Shown one piece after another: positions 41,253-54,342 of a DNA stretch of 64,000 nucleotides (position 1 is the first letter of the stretch; the number at the start of each line of letters is the position of its first letter). Source of the DNA: Callorhinchus milii. Lineage: Eukaryota. A program made the position numbers and the translations under genes. Below the pieces are notes generated by a model. It had not been told where the DNA came from and searched no databases. It worked only from the letters and a program-made list of their open reading frames with translations. The DNA is taken from positions 60,576,001 to 60,640,000 of the forward strand of contig NW_024704743.1 of the NCBI RefSeq assembly GCF_018977255.1. The letters are read 5' to 3'.

Positions 41253-41727
41253 ACTTCACTTTACACTATATCCTGTGAAGTGCTTTGAATCATTCTCCCA
41301 ACAAGAAAGGCCCTGTACCAAATATGAGGATTATATTTGTGACTAAAACACTGAAGTTCTAAGTCATGAAACCTGTTCTGATGGAAGTGGCTAAGGAGGC
41401 ACTTGGAAGGGATATTTCTCGATTTGTTCTACATTTATTGTTGAAAAATAACACATAGGTTACTTACTAGAAAAAGAAAAGCAAACAGCTCCAGTGTTGT
41501 AATTTTAATATCCCAAGGCACCTCACAGCAAGATTCAGGCTGACATCTGATGTAATCATTAAGTGGGTGGTGAAAAAAACAAGCCACTTCCATCAGAACA
41601 GATTTCATGACTCAGAACTTCAGTGTTTTAGTCACAAATATAACAATAATCCTCATATTTGGTACAGAGCCTTTCTTGTCGGGAGAATGACCCAAAGCAC
41701 TTTACAGGATATAGTGTAAAGTGAAGT
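41253..41727. repeat. Local inverted duplication (arms 41253-41392 and 41582-41727)
   Basis: The arms are reverse complements over about 140 bp, including non-SINE flank. Confidence 0.9.
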
Positions 41728-43052
41728 GACTGTGAATTTTGTGGGCAAACACAACAGTAATTTAGGCATAGCAATGTCCCACAAACAGCTATGAGGTGAA
41801 TGACTAATTTTATTTGGGGATTGCTAGTTCTTCAATTGAAACATCATTGTAGTAATTAATGCAATGCAGAGATTTTAACCAAATTGACTCAAGGCATATC
41901 ATATTATAATCTGTAATTATTTTGCAATTTTGTGTCTATAGCACAGCGTTATCAGTCATGTGTAATTTTGTTTCAAATGATCTTGTTTCAATGAATTGAT
42001 ATTACTCACTTTTTTCAATTTAACAACAATTTAATTAAAATTGATATAGTGCCTCACACATCAGGAAGACATCACAAAGTGCTTCACAGTGACTGTGCAT
42101 TTTGTAGGCAGAACTGTATTAAATGGAGTTTAACTGTATTAAAGCAAAATGGTACGGCATTGCAATTAAAAGATCTGCCAAAAGCAATTTTATTTGGTTA
42201 TTTTATTTAGTTGGCCAGGACATCAGGAGAAACACCCTTCTCTTTATGAATAGTGGATCGGGATCTCTAACATCCACCTGAACAGACAGACATAAATTTA
42301 ATTTAATGTCTCATCTGCAGGCCAGCAATTCCAACAATGTAGCTTTTGAGTCTCAGCTTAGAATGTGAGCTCAAAGTCCCAACATGGGCCTGAATGCACA
42401 ATCTTCTGACTCAGAAGCAAAAGTGCTACCAACTGAGCCAGTTTGATGCAGTGTGATAATCCGGTATGATTCCCAAACTACATTGTGGACCTCAGTAAAT
42501 TGAGGAGTTTGAATGAAGAAATCAAAACATGAGTAATATGCTTGATGTATTACACAAACTGTTGTTGCAGATATTATATATTTGAACATTCGGTGTTCAG
42601 ACTTAAGCATTCAGAATAAAAAATTGGGTTGTGGGTTCAAACTCCACATTGGAACTTGAACTCACATAGTCTAAACTGATACTCCAAAGCAGTGCTGTGG
42701 TTGTGTTGCATTGTTGGAGGCCCTGTCCTTCAGATGAGATGTTAAACCAAGGTCCCGTCTGCCTGTTCAGGTGGACATTAAAGATCCCATGGCACTATTT
42801 GAAAAGAGAAGGGAGTGTCTACTGGTGTCATTTGTTTCATGGCTGTTTGTGGGATATTGCTGTGTGCAGTTGAGCTGCTGCACTCACCTACAAATATATA
42901 TCTGCGTAAAATTCCCAGGTTATAGTGTTGCAGAGGTTCAGTGATTTGAAGAAAGAGCATTGAAGCATAATTGCATGAAATTGCAGGCTGTTATTTAATC
43001 ACTGATAATTTATGGATTATTAGGCATACAAGAGTCAGACCCCAAGACTAAC

Positions 43053-43218
43053 ATATAATTCATAAATGTGTTTGCTGAAGCATGAAGGCCAGAATAATTA
43101 ATGAGGAAACTTTGATGTGCTTTGATTAATGAGGAGACTTTCTTTGGTAAATCTGATCCATGCGTTTTCACAGAAAGTAGACGCATTCTTTCTAAAGCCT
43201 TTCTGGTTGTTTCTGAAC
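43053..43218 (-). CDS. Putative internal exon (SETTRKALERMRLLSVK...ANTFMNY), phase 1-2
   Basis: Acceptor taccttgtctacag|, donor |gttagt; 166 nt; only the phase-1 frame is open; lies in ORF 43010..43315. Confidence 0.55.
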
Positions 43219-45891
43219 CTGTAGACAAGGTACACATAACTTGTTTTCTGTACCCGAGAGATTGATATAAATCAAGTTTCTGAAATAACACTGCAATGGT
43301 ATTGGATGCCATCATTTGATAACTACAAAGCAGTTCTCTTTCAATGTGCTGGTGTGCTGCGCAATGGGTTCACAGAGTCAAGTGGGATGTGATCCATACT
43401 CTTTGGGTAAACTCAGGCACAGATACAGTCTAAATGCTGCAAAGTCCTTGAGCTAAGTTTCTTTTCGTCCTTTCAGATAGGCATTTATTTTTTTAATTTG
43501 TTGAAACTCACTCCAGATCCTCTCCAGGTCACCAGTAGAGCCTTATTCCTGGATTGGAAAGAAAAAAAAGTAAGAGTTCTATAGATCCCAACATAAATCC
43601 GACATCTGTCTTATGAGTGACATTTCTGGTCTAAGGTATACAGTTTCTGATGTGAATTTGATCAGCAACCTCTATTGAATGTGACAATGTTTTTTTTTGT
43701 ATTACATGTCAGGAAAATAATGTTTTGTAGAACTTAATGGGACAAATCTAGGATCATGTAATAATGAGTCTCATGGAACGGGAGCAGAAAGGCAGTACTA
43801 AATAAATTAAATACATTTTATTACTAGGCACATAGAAATTATAGGACTCGAAAAGATTGCTGCAGAAAGTCATGTAATAGCTAGAGAAGCAGCATCAAAG
43901 ATAATAGGCATTTATATGCACCCTGAAAACGAACTAGGAGAACTTAAAATGCATATTTTTCATTTGTTGCTATTTTTCCTGTGTAATACAGTTACTAAGA
44001 TCTTCTGAGGTAGACTGAGTGGAGCAGAATTAATTCTGTATCCTGTGATTCATTTTATTTTTATGATTCTATCAGAGCAGGGAAATGCGATTAGTGTCGA
44101 TGGTTCCAGTGGGGAGCGCGTCTGACACAGGCATGATGGACCCAATCAGATTCTGTTCTGAAATTATTCTAATTCTAAATACCTTTTATTTAATGCATCT
44201 TTGTTCAGATGAGGGGCTTAAATATCATGTGTACATGTTATCCATTTGGTAAACACCAATCAAAATATGTCTAAAGAGCCAAAGGAAATGAAATCATTTT
44301 ATCTCTATGAACTCAAAGCTCTACTTAATTATTGTCGTTAGCACTCACATAACAGGCCAGCCTTTATTAATAACCATTTAACTGTGCTTATTAACATAAT
44401 AATCTTGTACCCCGTGTGGAGGATGCTATAGAAATGCAAATTGTTGTTGTTGAAAGAATGCCTTATACAAACCCGCTATCGTTTCCTTATCTTTTTCACT
44501 CTCTCTTCAGTTATACACTATCATCTTCACCCTCATGACTACATTGCCATTTTGTATCTATGCAGCCACCAACAATCAAGTTGTTATAAAAGTATTCCAG
44601 CATTAAATTAAATTTTTTCATTGCAGAAAGGAGTCCATGAAGCTGGAATGTACTACAAAAAATATCAGATTAATATTTGCCCGTCCACCTTTGCAAGTTT
44701 GCTTCCTATCCTTTTCAAATATAATGATTTCCTCTTGCAGTGGTTAAAGATTTTAACTGAACTGAAAGTGGTCAGTTTCTTCCCTATATCCAGCAGTCTG
44801 TTCCACATCAATGATAAGCCATGGACATCAACGTGGTTTTAATGTAGCAGCGGTGGTAGGCTTCAGAAATTAACTTCAGTGAGATTACTTAGCTTAAGCA
44901 TGACTTGTAGGGATTTAAACTCAATTGATTTAACAATGTAGCCCAACATCTTTTTTGCCTTGCTCCTCACACTGTTTTGACATGGTAAGTGATAACAGCC
45001 TCAAATCATAATTTTCCATATCTGATACAACACATGTTGGGAGGGGGTTAGATAATCAGTACATATACTGGTGATTGCCATGTGATCTTCTAAAGGGATG
45101 TTCCCATTGCAGTACAAGCTCACACTGCTAAAGCCCATAAATATACCAACCAGCAGATAATAAGATATGTTTACCTGCTGGGTCAGGAAGATTACTAATG
45201 GCCTGAGAACCATCTCCATGGTACTCTCAGGGGACTAAAGGGAACTGAACTGTGCCTGAGTTCGGAATGATATGTGAATATCTGGTCATTGCTCATTTCT
45301 TGGCTTCACCATCGTTTTAACCTGTTTAGCACGTGCACAGAATTGCATTTATATCGTGCTTTTCACATAGGATAACATCTTGGAGCAGCATCTCTGAGAT
45401 GTTACATCTCAGCATATGATACTGTTCACAGGGACAGTATCGTATGCTGAGCAAAGGTGAAGGTGAAAAGTGGAGGTGACCATAGCCACAGTAAAAGAGA
45501 TAGGTGTTTTAGGCGATGTCTAAAATCAGAGAAAGATCGAGAAGGAGGGGCAGAGGGAGGGAGTTCCAAAGGGTGGGGGCATAGTCATAGGCGGCGGGTG
45601 AAAATATTCTTCGGCGGGAGGAGGGGGGAGGAGGGGCTGAGTAAAACTCGGTTAAAGGGATGGTCCCCTTTAAGACAGGTAAACTTGATTAACAAGTCAT
45701 TGGCCAATTAAGAGGTGAGGACACCCCAACGAGCAATCCACCAGATAGGAAGTGGACGGGCACCACCACCGAGTTGGGAGAGGGGCGAGAGGAGGCTCTT
45801 GGGTGCCGTGGGTTGGGGCTGCTTCCGAGGACTGGCTGTGGTCCTCCTCAGGGCTTTCCTCTCACAGCTCCCCTTAAAGGGGGTGAGCTGT

Positions 45892-46220
45892 AATAATAAT
45901 AATAATAATCCTTGCATTTGATATAGCGCTTTTCACGTCGGGAGGACGTCCCAAAGTGCTTCACAGAACACACTGTAAAGTGAATTGACTGTATATTTGT
46001 GGGCGAACGCGGCAGCCAATTGCGCACAGCAATGTCCCAAAAACAGTCGTAGATTGAAAATGAACAATTTGCTATTGTTTTTGGTTTTGGAGGGATTAGT
46101 ATTATTAGGCTCTGTGTGGAGTAACGAAACTTGCCCAAGGTTTCGCCCTCTGCCTGGAATTGAACTCAGGTCTCTCACTTGCAAAGCGAGTGCTCTAACC
46201 ACTGAGCTACAGGACTCCAC
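45892..46220 (-). mobile_element. Same young SINE; further minus-strand copies at about 3822-4170, 27040-27980 (split), 35230-35545, 39202-39491 and partials at 14932-15100, 19165-19250, 56765-56930, 57637-57795
   Basis: Near-identical reverse complement of 51291-51611. Confidence 0.9.
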
Positions 46221-48094
46221 AGATAGATAGATTTGGGGGGAAGAGGTGAGCCCCCTCTAGCCCTAGCCACCCATCACCTATGGGCATAGTTGATGAGGGC
46301 TCAATCACCAATGGTGCAGGGGAGGAGATGGGGGCACAATAAATATATTAAAGACAGGTGTGAAAATGGCCCATCAGTGAGCGAACATGATAGTAATTTC
46401 AATGATGGCCGTAACTCACAGATCAGCATGTGAAGCTTTTGAAAAATGTAACCTAACTGCTGTACTCTATTTCACTGTGATTTATTTTTAATTTGGACAA
46501 CATACTGATATGCTTCAGTTTGCAAAACAATTTTTTCCGAGTGCATTACTTTTAAACAAGGGTTTGAAAATCTTAGCTTATATGTCTAGACATTTGTCTG
46601 CAAGCAGCATTCGTGAATGTTTAGTGTTCCATGAAATATGAAGTCTAGGTGGTGAGGACTGTTTCTCCTGTATGTGGCAAGGCTTCCTGTTGCCAGATCA
46701 TATATAAATCATACAATTCTTTAAAGTTCAGATAGAGTACATCAACAAGCACCAACTGCCTAGGGAATACTTAGCAGCATCAAGTGTGCGGTCTGAAATC
46801 ACTGATCGCTCTGCAACATTGAATCTGACTTACACAATAATACAAAAACTAGTTACAGACCGCTTTTATTATTGATAATCTTATGGATAGTACATTGTAC
46901 CTCTTTTGTATTGTTAGTGCACTAGCTCTAAAGAAATATAGACTGTGTCTCTATTGTACATTAAATACAATGTAGATTTATATTGTGCTTTTTATATCGG
47001 GAGGACATCGAAAAGCACTCAACACTGTTGGCTGGGCGCCTGAGCTAGGGGTGGAAGCCAAGCAGGATGGAGAGGGAAAAGCTAATCGAAACTGCAGTCA
47101 AAGAGGTGCCCATTGTGACGGAACTGAATGGCTAAAAGCATGTCTCGAATGGATAGGGAAGGGGACATGAAGCAAACAGATATTCATTGAACAAAGGGAA
47201 TGGTAGAGCAGTAGAGTTGATGGAGGTTGCAGAACATAGGGGTGGGATCATGGAGGGATTTGAAGGCGAGAACAAGGATCTTGAACTTGATCCGCTGAGG
47301 GATGGGGAGCCAGTACAGCTGTGCAAGGATAACAATGTTCAATTAATGTTTTAATGTAACACACATCGCTGAGATGTAATTATTAAATTTCAACATCTCA
47401 CCAGCTTGAACAAGCTAAGATTTCTATTACGGAAGAACTTTTCATAACTAATATGTTACTTGCCAGCCTCTTTTTGGACTGGGCAAACAGTCAGAACTGT
47501 AATACAGGTAGTTCTGGAATAGACACTGAAGCAGACTTTCAGATGCCACATTACAACATATCAATTTAGTTCATCTAAATTATAAACCTGTGATTTGACT
47601 TCTGAGTCAAAAACAGAGTCCCACCAAGACAGACCAAGATGATGGCATTTTCAGCCATTGTTTGGATGTTTATTATTCCTCTCATCACAGCATCAAGCTT
47701 TCTTTTTAAATGAGTCCAGTGTCTTGGCCTCAGCCACTTTTTCTGGCAACCTCTTAGTAAGTAAGAAAGCTGCGGGGGCTTCCTGTTGCTAGATCACATA
47801 AAAATCATACAATCTGTTACAGTTCAGGTTGAGGATGTCAAGAAGCACTACCTGCCTAAGGAATATTTAGAAGCACAGAGTGTGCAGTGTGAAATCACTG
47901 AACCATGCAGAACAAAGCTGCAGATCACTGTGCTACATGAATTTGATTCACACAATAATACAAAAACTAGTTACAAAACCTACTACTATTGAAGATAATC
48001 TTACAGTTCTCTTTGTGGATAGCACATTGTGCCTCTTTTGTATAGTTAGTACACTGGCTCCAGAAACTGTGCCCTTTATAACTCTAATCTTACA

Positions 48095-48760
48095 TCAACA
48101 ACAACAACAACAATACTGCCTTTCACGTCGGGAGGACATCCCAAGGTGCTGGACAGACAGAGTTTCAGACCCAAGCTGGGGGTTGGGATTGGGGAGGGTG
48201 GAGGGCAGGGGGCAAAGCAGGGAGTTCAAAAGCACGGTCAAAGAGTAGGGTCTTGAAATGGGTCTTGAAGGAGGTAAGGGAGGGGGTGAGGCACAGGGAT
48301 TGCAGGATGGAGTTCCAGAGGGTGGAGGCAGAGTAGCAGAAGGCCCGTCCGCCAACAGTGGGACGTGAAGCAGACCGGAGTCTGCTGAACGGAGGGAGCG
48401 AGCAGGATAATAGAGGATTAGGAGGTCACAGAGATAGGGGGAGCAAGACCATGGAGGGCTTTGAAGGTGGGAATCAGGATCTTGAACTGTATCCTCTGTG
48501 TGATGGGAAGCCAGTGGAGTTGGGCAAAGATGGGGGTGATAGGGTCGCGGAGCCTAGTGCGGGAGTGGGCACGGGCTGCAGAGTTCTGGATGATCTGCAG
48601 CCGGTGTATGGAGGAGTTGGGGGGGCTGACAAGCAAGGAGTTTGCATAGTCAAGCCTCGATGTAATGAAAGCTTCTATGAGGATTTTGGTGGCCTGCAAT
48701 GGTGAGGCAACAGCGGAGCTGGGCAATGTTGCGGAGGTGGGGCAAAGCGGGTCATGGCAC
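48095..48760 (-). mobile_element. L2 3' fragment
   Basis: SRLDYANSLL and LHWLPITQRIQFKIL motifs. Confidence 0.9.
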
Positions 48761-50469
48761 AGATGTGGGGCAGAAAGGATAGTTGAGGATCAAACAAGAT
48801 GCCAGGGCTTAGTAACCTCTTGTTTCTCCTTTTTATCCCTATTTTAAAGTAAGTTTCTACTCATGGATGAGGAATGTTCAATTTCTTTGCATTGTTTAAT
48901 TGTAAAGTCCAATTGGCAGAGAAGATTATTTATTTTTGATCCAGAGTCTATTACTGTAGTTTAGTTAATTAAATGCCCAATATTTGGAACCATAGAAATG
49001 TATGGCCTAGAAGAAGGACATTTGGCCCACCATATCTTTGCCGCCTTTCTCAAGATAATTCTTTCACTCCCACTTACCTACACTTTTCCTATACCCCTGT
49101 ACTATAAAAATAGGATTTATTGAAATAGAAAATGAAGGATTGCTTTCTAGAGAATGGCATGGTATCCAGTAACATTTCAATTCCTATTAAAGTTCAACCA
49201 GCCGAAGTACAGAATGTGCATGGTCTTGAAATGAATGTCTTGAAATTGAAGATTGTGCAGAATTTTGAAAAATTCTTACATAGGAATCCAGCTTTCCATA
49301 GTTCAGCTTTCCACACCTAAGATGTGTGGAAAAAATAACTACCAAATCAAGAATCTTACAATTTAAGAAAATGGTCTTAAGGTTCAGACTATTCAAACAT
49401 CAAATTTTCAATTATTGATCATTAATAAGCGCTCCCGAGACACAGTCCGGCATGAAGGCACTATATATAAATGCAAGTTGCTGTTGTTGTTAATGATTGA
49501 AAATTGGCTGCCATTTCCTGATAAAAGTACTTCCTGACTGAAGTACTCCCCATTCACTTGCAGAAACAATTATCACTGATAGACACATGCAGTTTGGGAA
49601 AAACAAACATCAAGAGTGAACAGTTCATTACTCAAACTTCAGAATTCAGTCTTTTTAAAAGCTTGGTGAACCAGCAAGAAACAGAAAGGGAAGATCTTGT
49701 TACGATATAACACCTTTCAGAGCGAAAGCTGTAAAATGAAGTCCGGTTGTAAAATAACTGTGTTTTACAACTGTCGCATGTGCTTGTATAACAAATTGTA
49801 TCCAATTATTTTAAAAAAGGTGAACTTCATATTGTAGAATCAATTATGATGTTCTCTGAGCTCTGCAGTACTGTCATTCTACAAATGAAGATACCGACCT
49901 CCAAGCTTTGAAGTCGTGGAAGTATTTTTATTATTGTCGGCAAGTCATTAATTGCAGAACCATAGCAATAAGACTTCACCTGCAAAATCACAACAAACGT
50001 TTAAAAGCTAGATACAGGGTTTGGTATACAGGAATTATTTGCTGTTTATTCAATGTATTTTGACTTATTTCAATAATATTTCATAACAAATAATAGCAGA
50101 AAGGAATTCATATTCCAGTTTAACTGGTGCTAAATATCGGTTGATGCAATTAATGGTTGTCCTATCTATTGTTATGCTTTGGAATAGTGTGTGTGGCCAC
50201 TTTCAAAATCCTTCACATTGTTTGGGACAGAAAAATTCTTACAATAATTCAGCATTATTTTTGACATATATTAAGAACTATTCCTCCCAAAGGCCAAGTG
50301 AAGAAACTAAGACTGAATTCATGCTGCATGAATTGCTTCGAATTTTGAAATCGGAGCCAAGCCTGCATCAATCAAGCTTGGAGCACTGCTCCTGACATCA
50401 ACTGACAGGCAGGAAAAGATTTTGTTTGCATTCAAGCATGTTCTTGGTTCATAAGGTCAGTTCATATAC

Positions 50470-50524
50470 CTTGTGCTTCTTGGCATAGCTTTTTGTTTGG
50501 TTTTCCACTGTCTATTTTCTTCTC
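50470..50524 (-). CDS. Putative internal exon (EKKIDSGKPNKKLCQEAQ-G), phase 0-1
   Basis: Acceptor ccacatttttaagacag|, donor AAG|gtatat. Supplies the phase needed to link the 61316 exon to the 43218 exon. Confidence 0.4.
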
Positions 50525-51290
50525 CTGTCTTAAAAATGTGGATTATCTTCTGCTGTCTTACAAATGGTCGTGGACCTCCTCAGGGCTATATAAGGCACTA
50601 CAATTGTATCAATCTATCAATTCTTCCAGACACCCTCACTGAGAACTAGCGTCAGTGTATGAGTCCAGCTTTGTGCCCAGCACTCTCGCCTCTGAGTCAG
50701 AAGGTTGAAGCCCCACATCTGGATTTGGAATCACAAAGCCTAAGATGACACTCCAATACAGTGCTGAGGGTGTGTTACATTATTGGAGGTACTGTCCTTC
50801 AGATGAGATGTTAAACCGAGATTCAGGGGGACTTTAAAAATCCCATGGCAACTACAACAACAACAACAACAACAAGATTCCATTTATAAAGCGCCTTTCA
50901 CGTCAGGAGGACGTCCCAAGGCGCTGCACAGTTGGGTCATGACCCGAGCAGGGGAAATGGTCAGGGTGAGGGGAGGGAAGGAAGGGAGCGAGGAGGGGGA
51001 AAATGGTCAGGGTGAGGGGAGGGAAGGGAGGGAGCGAGGAGGGGGAAGAGAGTCGAGAGGGGAGCTGAAGGCTCGGTCAAAGAGAACTAATCGAAAAGAG
51101 AAGGGAATTTCTCCTGGCGTCTTGGTCAACAATCTCCAAATAAAATTGGTCATTCGCTTCATAGCTTTTGTGGGATATTGCTCTGTTCAATTGACTGCTA
51201 GGTTTGCCTACATATATTTACAGTTGATTATAGATGATTGTTATTAATTATTAACTAACTCGTTGCTCCAATGCATTTTAGTACAAATAC

Positions 51291-51611
51291 GTGGAGTCCT
51301 GTAGCTCAGTGGTTAGAGCACTCGCTTTGCAAGCGAGAGACCTGAGTTCAATTCCAGGCAGGGCGAAACCTTGGGCAAGTTTCCTTACTCCACACAGAGC
51401 CTAATAATAATCCCTCCAAAACCAAAAACAATAATAAATTGGTCATTTTCAATCTATGACTGTTTGTGGGACATTGCTGTGCGTAATTGGCTGCCGCGTT
51501 CGCCCACAAATATACAGTCAATTCACTTTACAGTGTGTTCTGTGAAGCGCTTTGGGACGTCCTCCCGACGTGAAAAGCGCTATCTCAAATGCAAGGATTA
51601 TTATTATTATT
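51291..51611 (+). mobile_element. Young tRNA-Ala-derived SINE with L2-like tail (full length, about 320 bp)
   Basis: A box tagctcagtgg; anticodon arm ctcgc-tttgcaa-gcgag (TGC); B box gagttcaattcc; tail stem-loop plus (tta)n. Confidence 0.9.
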
Positions 51612-52694
51612 AAATAGAGGACAGCAAGAGGCCCAAATGATATTTGGTTTAGCTATCCACTGTATGACTGAATCAAATAATTAAATACCTTGGCAACATC
51701 ATTTCTGATTGGCCAAATTACACTTGATACAACAAAGTTGTCAAACCTCACGTTGTGCCTTTCCTGCTCAGGAGAAACTAAGTATTATGTGATTTTAAAA
51801 CTGTCTTATTGATTTTTGCAGGTCATGTTTTTTTTCTCACGGGAAGCCACAGAACAACATTGATAATTACAGACATTTATATTTTTTCTTAAAGTGACCT
51901 CTGTCCTTGTCAATGAGATGTGTCTTTTACTCTTAGTTAATGAGACATCATCTTGCACAATTTCTGCATCAGACAGCCCCATATATTTTCATGGTTTACA
52001 TGGTTGTCTGGCCTGTTCAAAATGATGGAATTCACGGAGTAAACATACTCTTATCTCTGAACAAACCCATCAATGAGATTCAATTATTGGTTATATGCTC
52101 TTGTTATATTTCACTCCCCCTCCCTCCCCCCTCCCTCAAAACAAGCCAATCTGAATTCTGGAGTCAATATTCATAGTCTGCACAACTTTACTTTCCAAAT
52201 TCTTTCAATTACTCAAATTGTAAGACCAGAGTATTCTGCTCCAGTACCTCTATGTGTATGAATTACAGTTCTCCTTTTGTTTGCTGAAACCATCTTTATC
52301 TATTATCAAGTGCTGTGTTCGACCTGTTTGGATATTTTGGCATTGATCTGTTATTTGTTAAATGTGTCAACATTGACCGAGTGATTGCAGAATGAGCTTT
52401 CCCATTGCAAGATGACACTGTGAAAGTCAATAAAATCACTACCTGCTTGCTTGCCAAAATTGTTAAATTACTCCCTCTATTAACTTATTTGACAAAAAAC
52501 ACTTACCACAGCAATATTTTTCAGCCATTTTTGACTTTGTGTCCAGAAATTCACATCACATTTATGTGAATCATTTCCCAAGGATGCATGAAAGCCATAG
52601 CCAATGTGAAGAATTTAGGTTTCCGTGGCATGTCTGCCACGGATTTCATCTGTTTGCCACCTGCTTGGAGCTTCGGCAAGATTCTCCCTTACTT

Positions 52695-54048
52695 CAGTCA
52701 CACCTCTCCCTCCACTCCCTCCTTGAGCCCCTGCAGTCTGGTTTTTGCCCTGCCCACAGCACAGAGACAGTGCTTGTCAAAGTCACAAATGAGGTCCTCT
52801 CTATCTGTGACCAGGACTCCTTCTGCCTCCATGTCCTCCTCGATCTCTCTGCCGCATATGACACAGTCGATGACACCATCCTCCTCCATTGCATCTCCTC
52901 CCTCATCCTCCTTAGTGAGACCACACTCATATGATTCGAGTCTACTCATCTTGGCAAATAGTTTCTTCTCCTGTCTGCGCCCGGTCACCTGCAGGGTACC
53001 CTAGGGCTCCATCCGTGGCCCTCTTCTTTTCCTCACTTATATGCTCCCTCTTGGCGATGTCAAATGCAAAAATGGGGTAAACTTCCACATGTATGTGGAT
53101 GTCATACACATCTACTTTACTTCCCCCAGTACCAACTTCAGGTCTGCCGATATTCTATTAGCTTGTCTGACAGACATCAGGACCTGGATGAGTGCAAACT
53201 TGCTGCAACCGACTGTGAACAAGATAGAAGCCATACTCCTTGACTCCCGTCAACGTCTTCACTCCTTCGGATCTGAACTCCTCAATCTTCCTGGACTCTC
53301 CCTCACACTCACTGAACCAGTGCGCAATCTAGGCGTTCGGTTGACTGCCAGCTGACCTTCCTCCCCTACATCAAGTCCCTGACTAGGACCGCCTTCCTCC
53401 ACCTCCACCACATTGCCCACCTCTGACTGTACCTTACCCCAAATACAGGCAAAACCCTCATGCGTTTATCACCTCCCATCTGGATTATTCTAACACACTC
53501 CTTGCCGGTCTCTCCAGCTTCACTATTAAAAAAATCCAGCTCATTCAGAATTCTGCTGCCCGCATATTTACCCCAACTGTACTGTACCAAGAGGTGAAGG
53601 AACTGTATCAGTTCTGGCCAGGCTCCACTAGCTCCCCATCACCGAACAGATCGACTTCAAGACATGCGTACTCAAATCCATTCACTCCCTGGCACCTCCC
53701 TACCTCTCTGACCTCCTCACTCCCCAATCCACCATATGCCGCCTCTGCTCGACTGGCACCAGCCTCCTGCTCGTCCCTTGCACCTTCCTCCCCACCATCG
53801 GAGATCACACCTTTAGCCACCTTGCCCCGAAATTCTGGAACACTCTCCCTCAATCCCTCAGCCTTGTCCCCTCTCTCCCCTTTTTCAAGTCCCGCCTGAA
53901 AACCTTCCTTTTCAACCGTGCTTATGGTCACATTACCCCTCCACGCCCACCCAGCTCGGAGTCAGACTCCGCCACTGTTAAGTGCTCTGAGATGCTACCC
54001 TGCATCGAGGGCCCTATATAAGTGCAAGTTTTTGTTGTTGTTGTTGTT
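52695..54048 (+). mobile_element. L2 LINE fragment (RT plus 3' tail)
   Basis: LQSGFCPAHSTETVLVKV, LLDLSAAYDTVD, HMYVDVIHIY; (ttg)n tail. Confidence 0.9.
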
Positions 54049-54342
54049 ATGGTGCTTAATTATGATTGTACCCTGTACATCATGTATAATGTATTTTCTC
54101 CATCCTTCTATTTACCTGTTCAGGTGACGTTAAAGATCCCATGGTACCATTTGAAAAAAGAAGGGAGTTTCTTTTGGTGTCCACCCAACAATCCGCCAAT
54201 AAAATTGATCATTCCTTTCCTGGGTGTTTGTTAAACATCAGATCACAAGCTTAGTCTGGATGAAGAAGGATCTTTGGCCCATCCAATCTCATCTCTCCAG
54301 ACCACCCACCCTACCAACCACCATCACAGCAAGAAGCTGCTT

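Noticed and set aside
45174..45234. 60-nt exon candidate (SPESTMEMVLRPLVIFLTQQ)
   Set aside because: Open only as phase 0-0, incompatible with the phase-1 junction it would have to occupy.
45820..45856. Hammerhead ribozyme-like CTGAGGA plus stem on the minus strand; similar 16-18-mers at 50570 and 58861
   Set aside because: GAAA does not follow stem II and stems I/III are missing; matches of this length are expected by chance in 64 kb.
46681..46840. H/ACA or C/D snoRNA in the duplicated segment
   Set aside because: The terminal ACA is shared, but the H box is not conserved in the second copy and there is no canonical C box.
51291..51365. tRNA-Ala(TGC) gene
   Set aside because: No acceptor stem or poly-T terminator; it runs directly into a multicopy SINE body.
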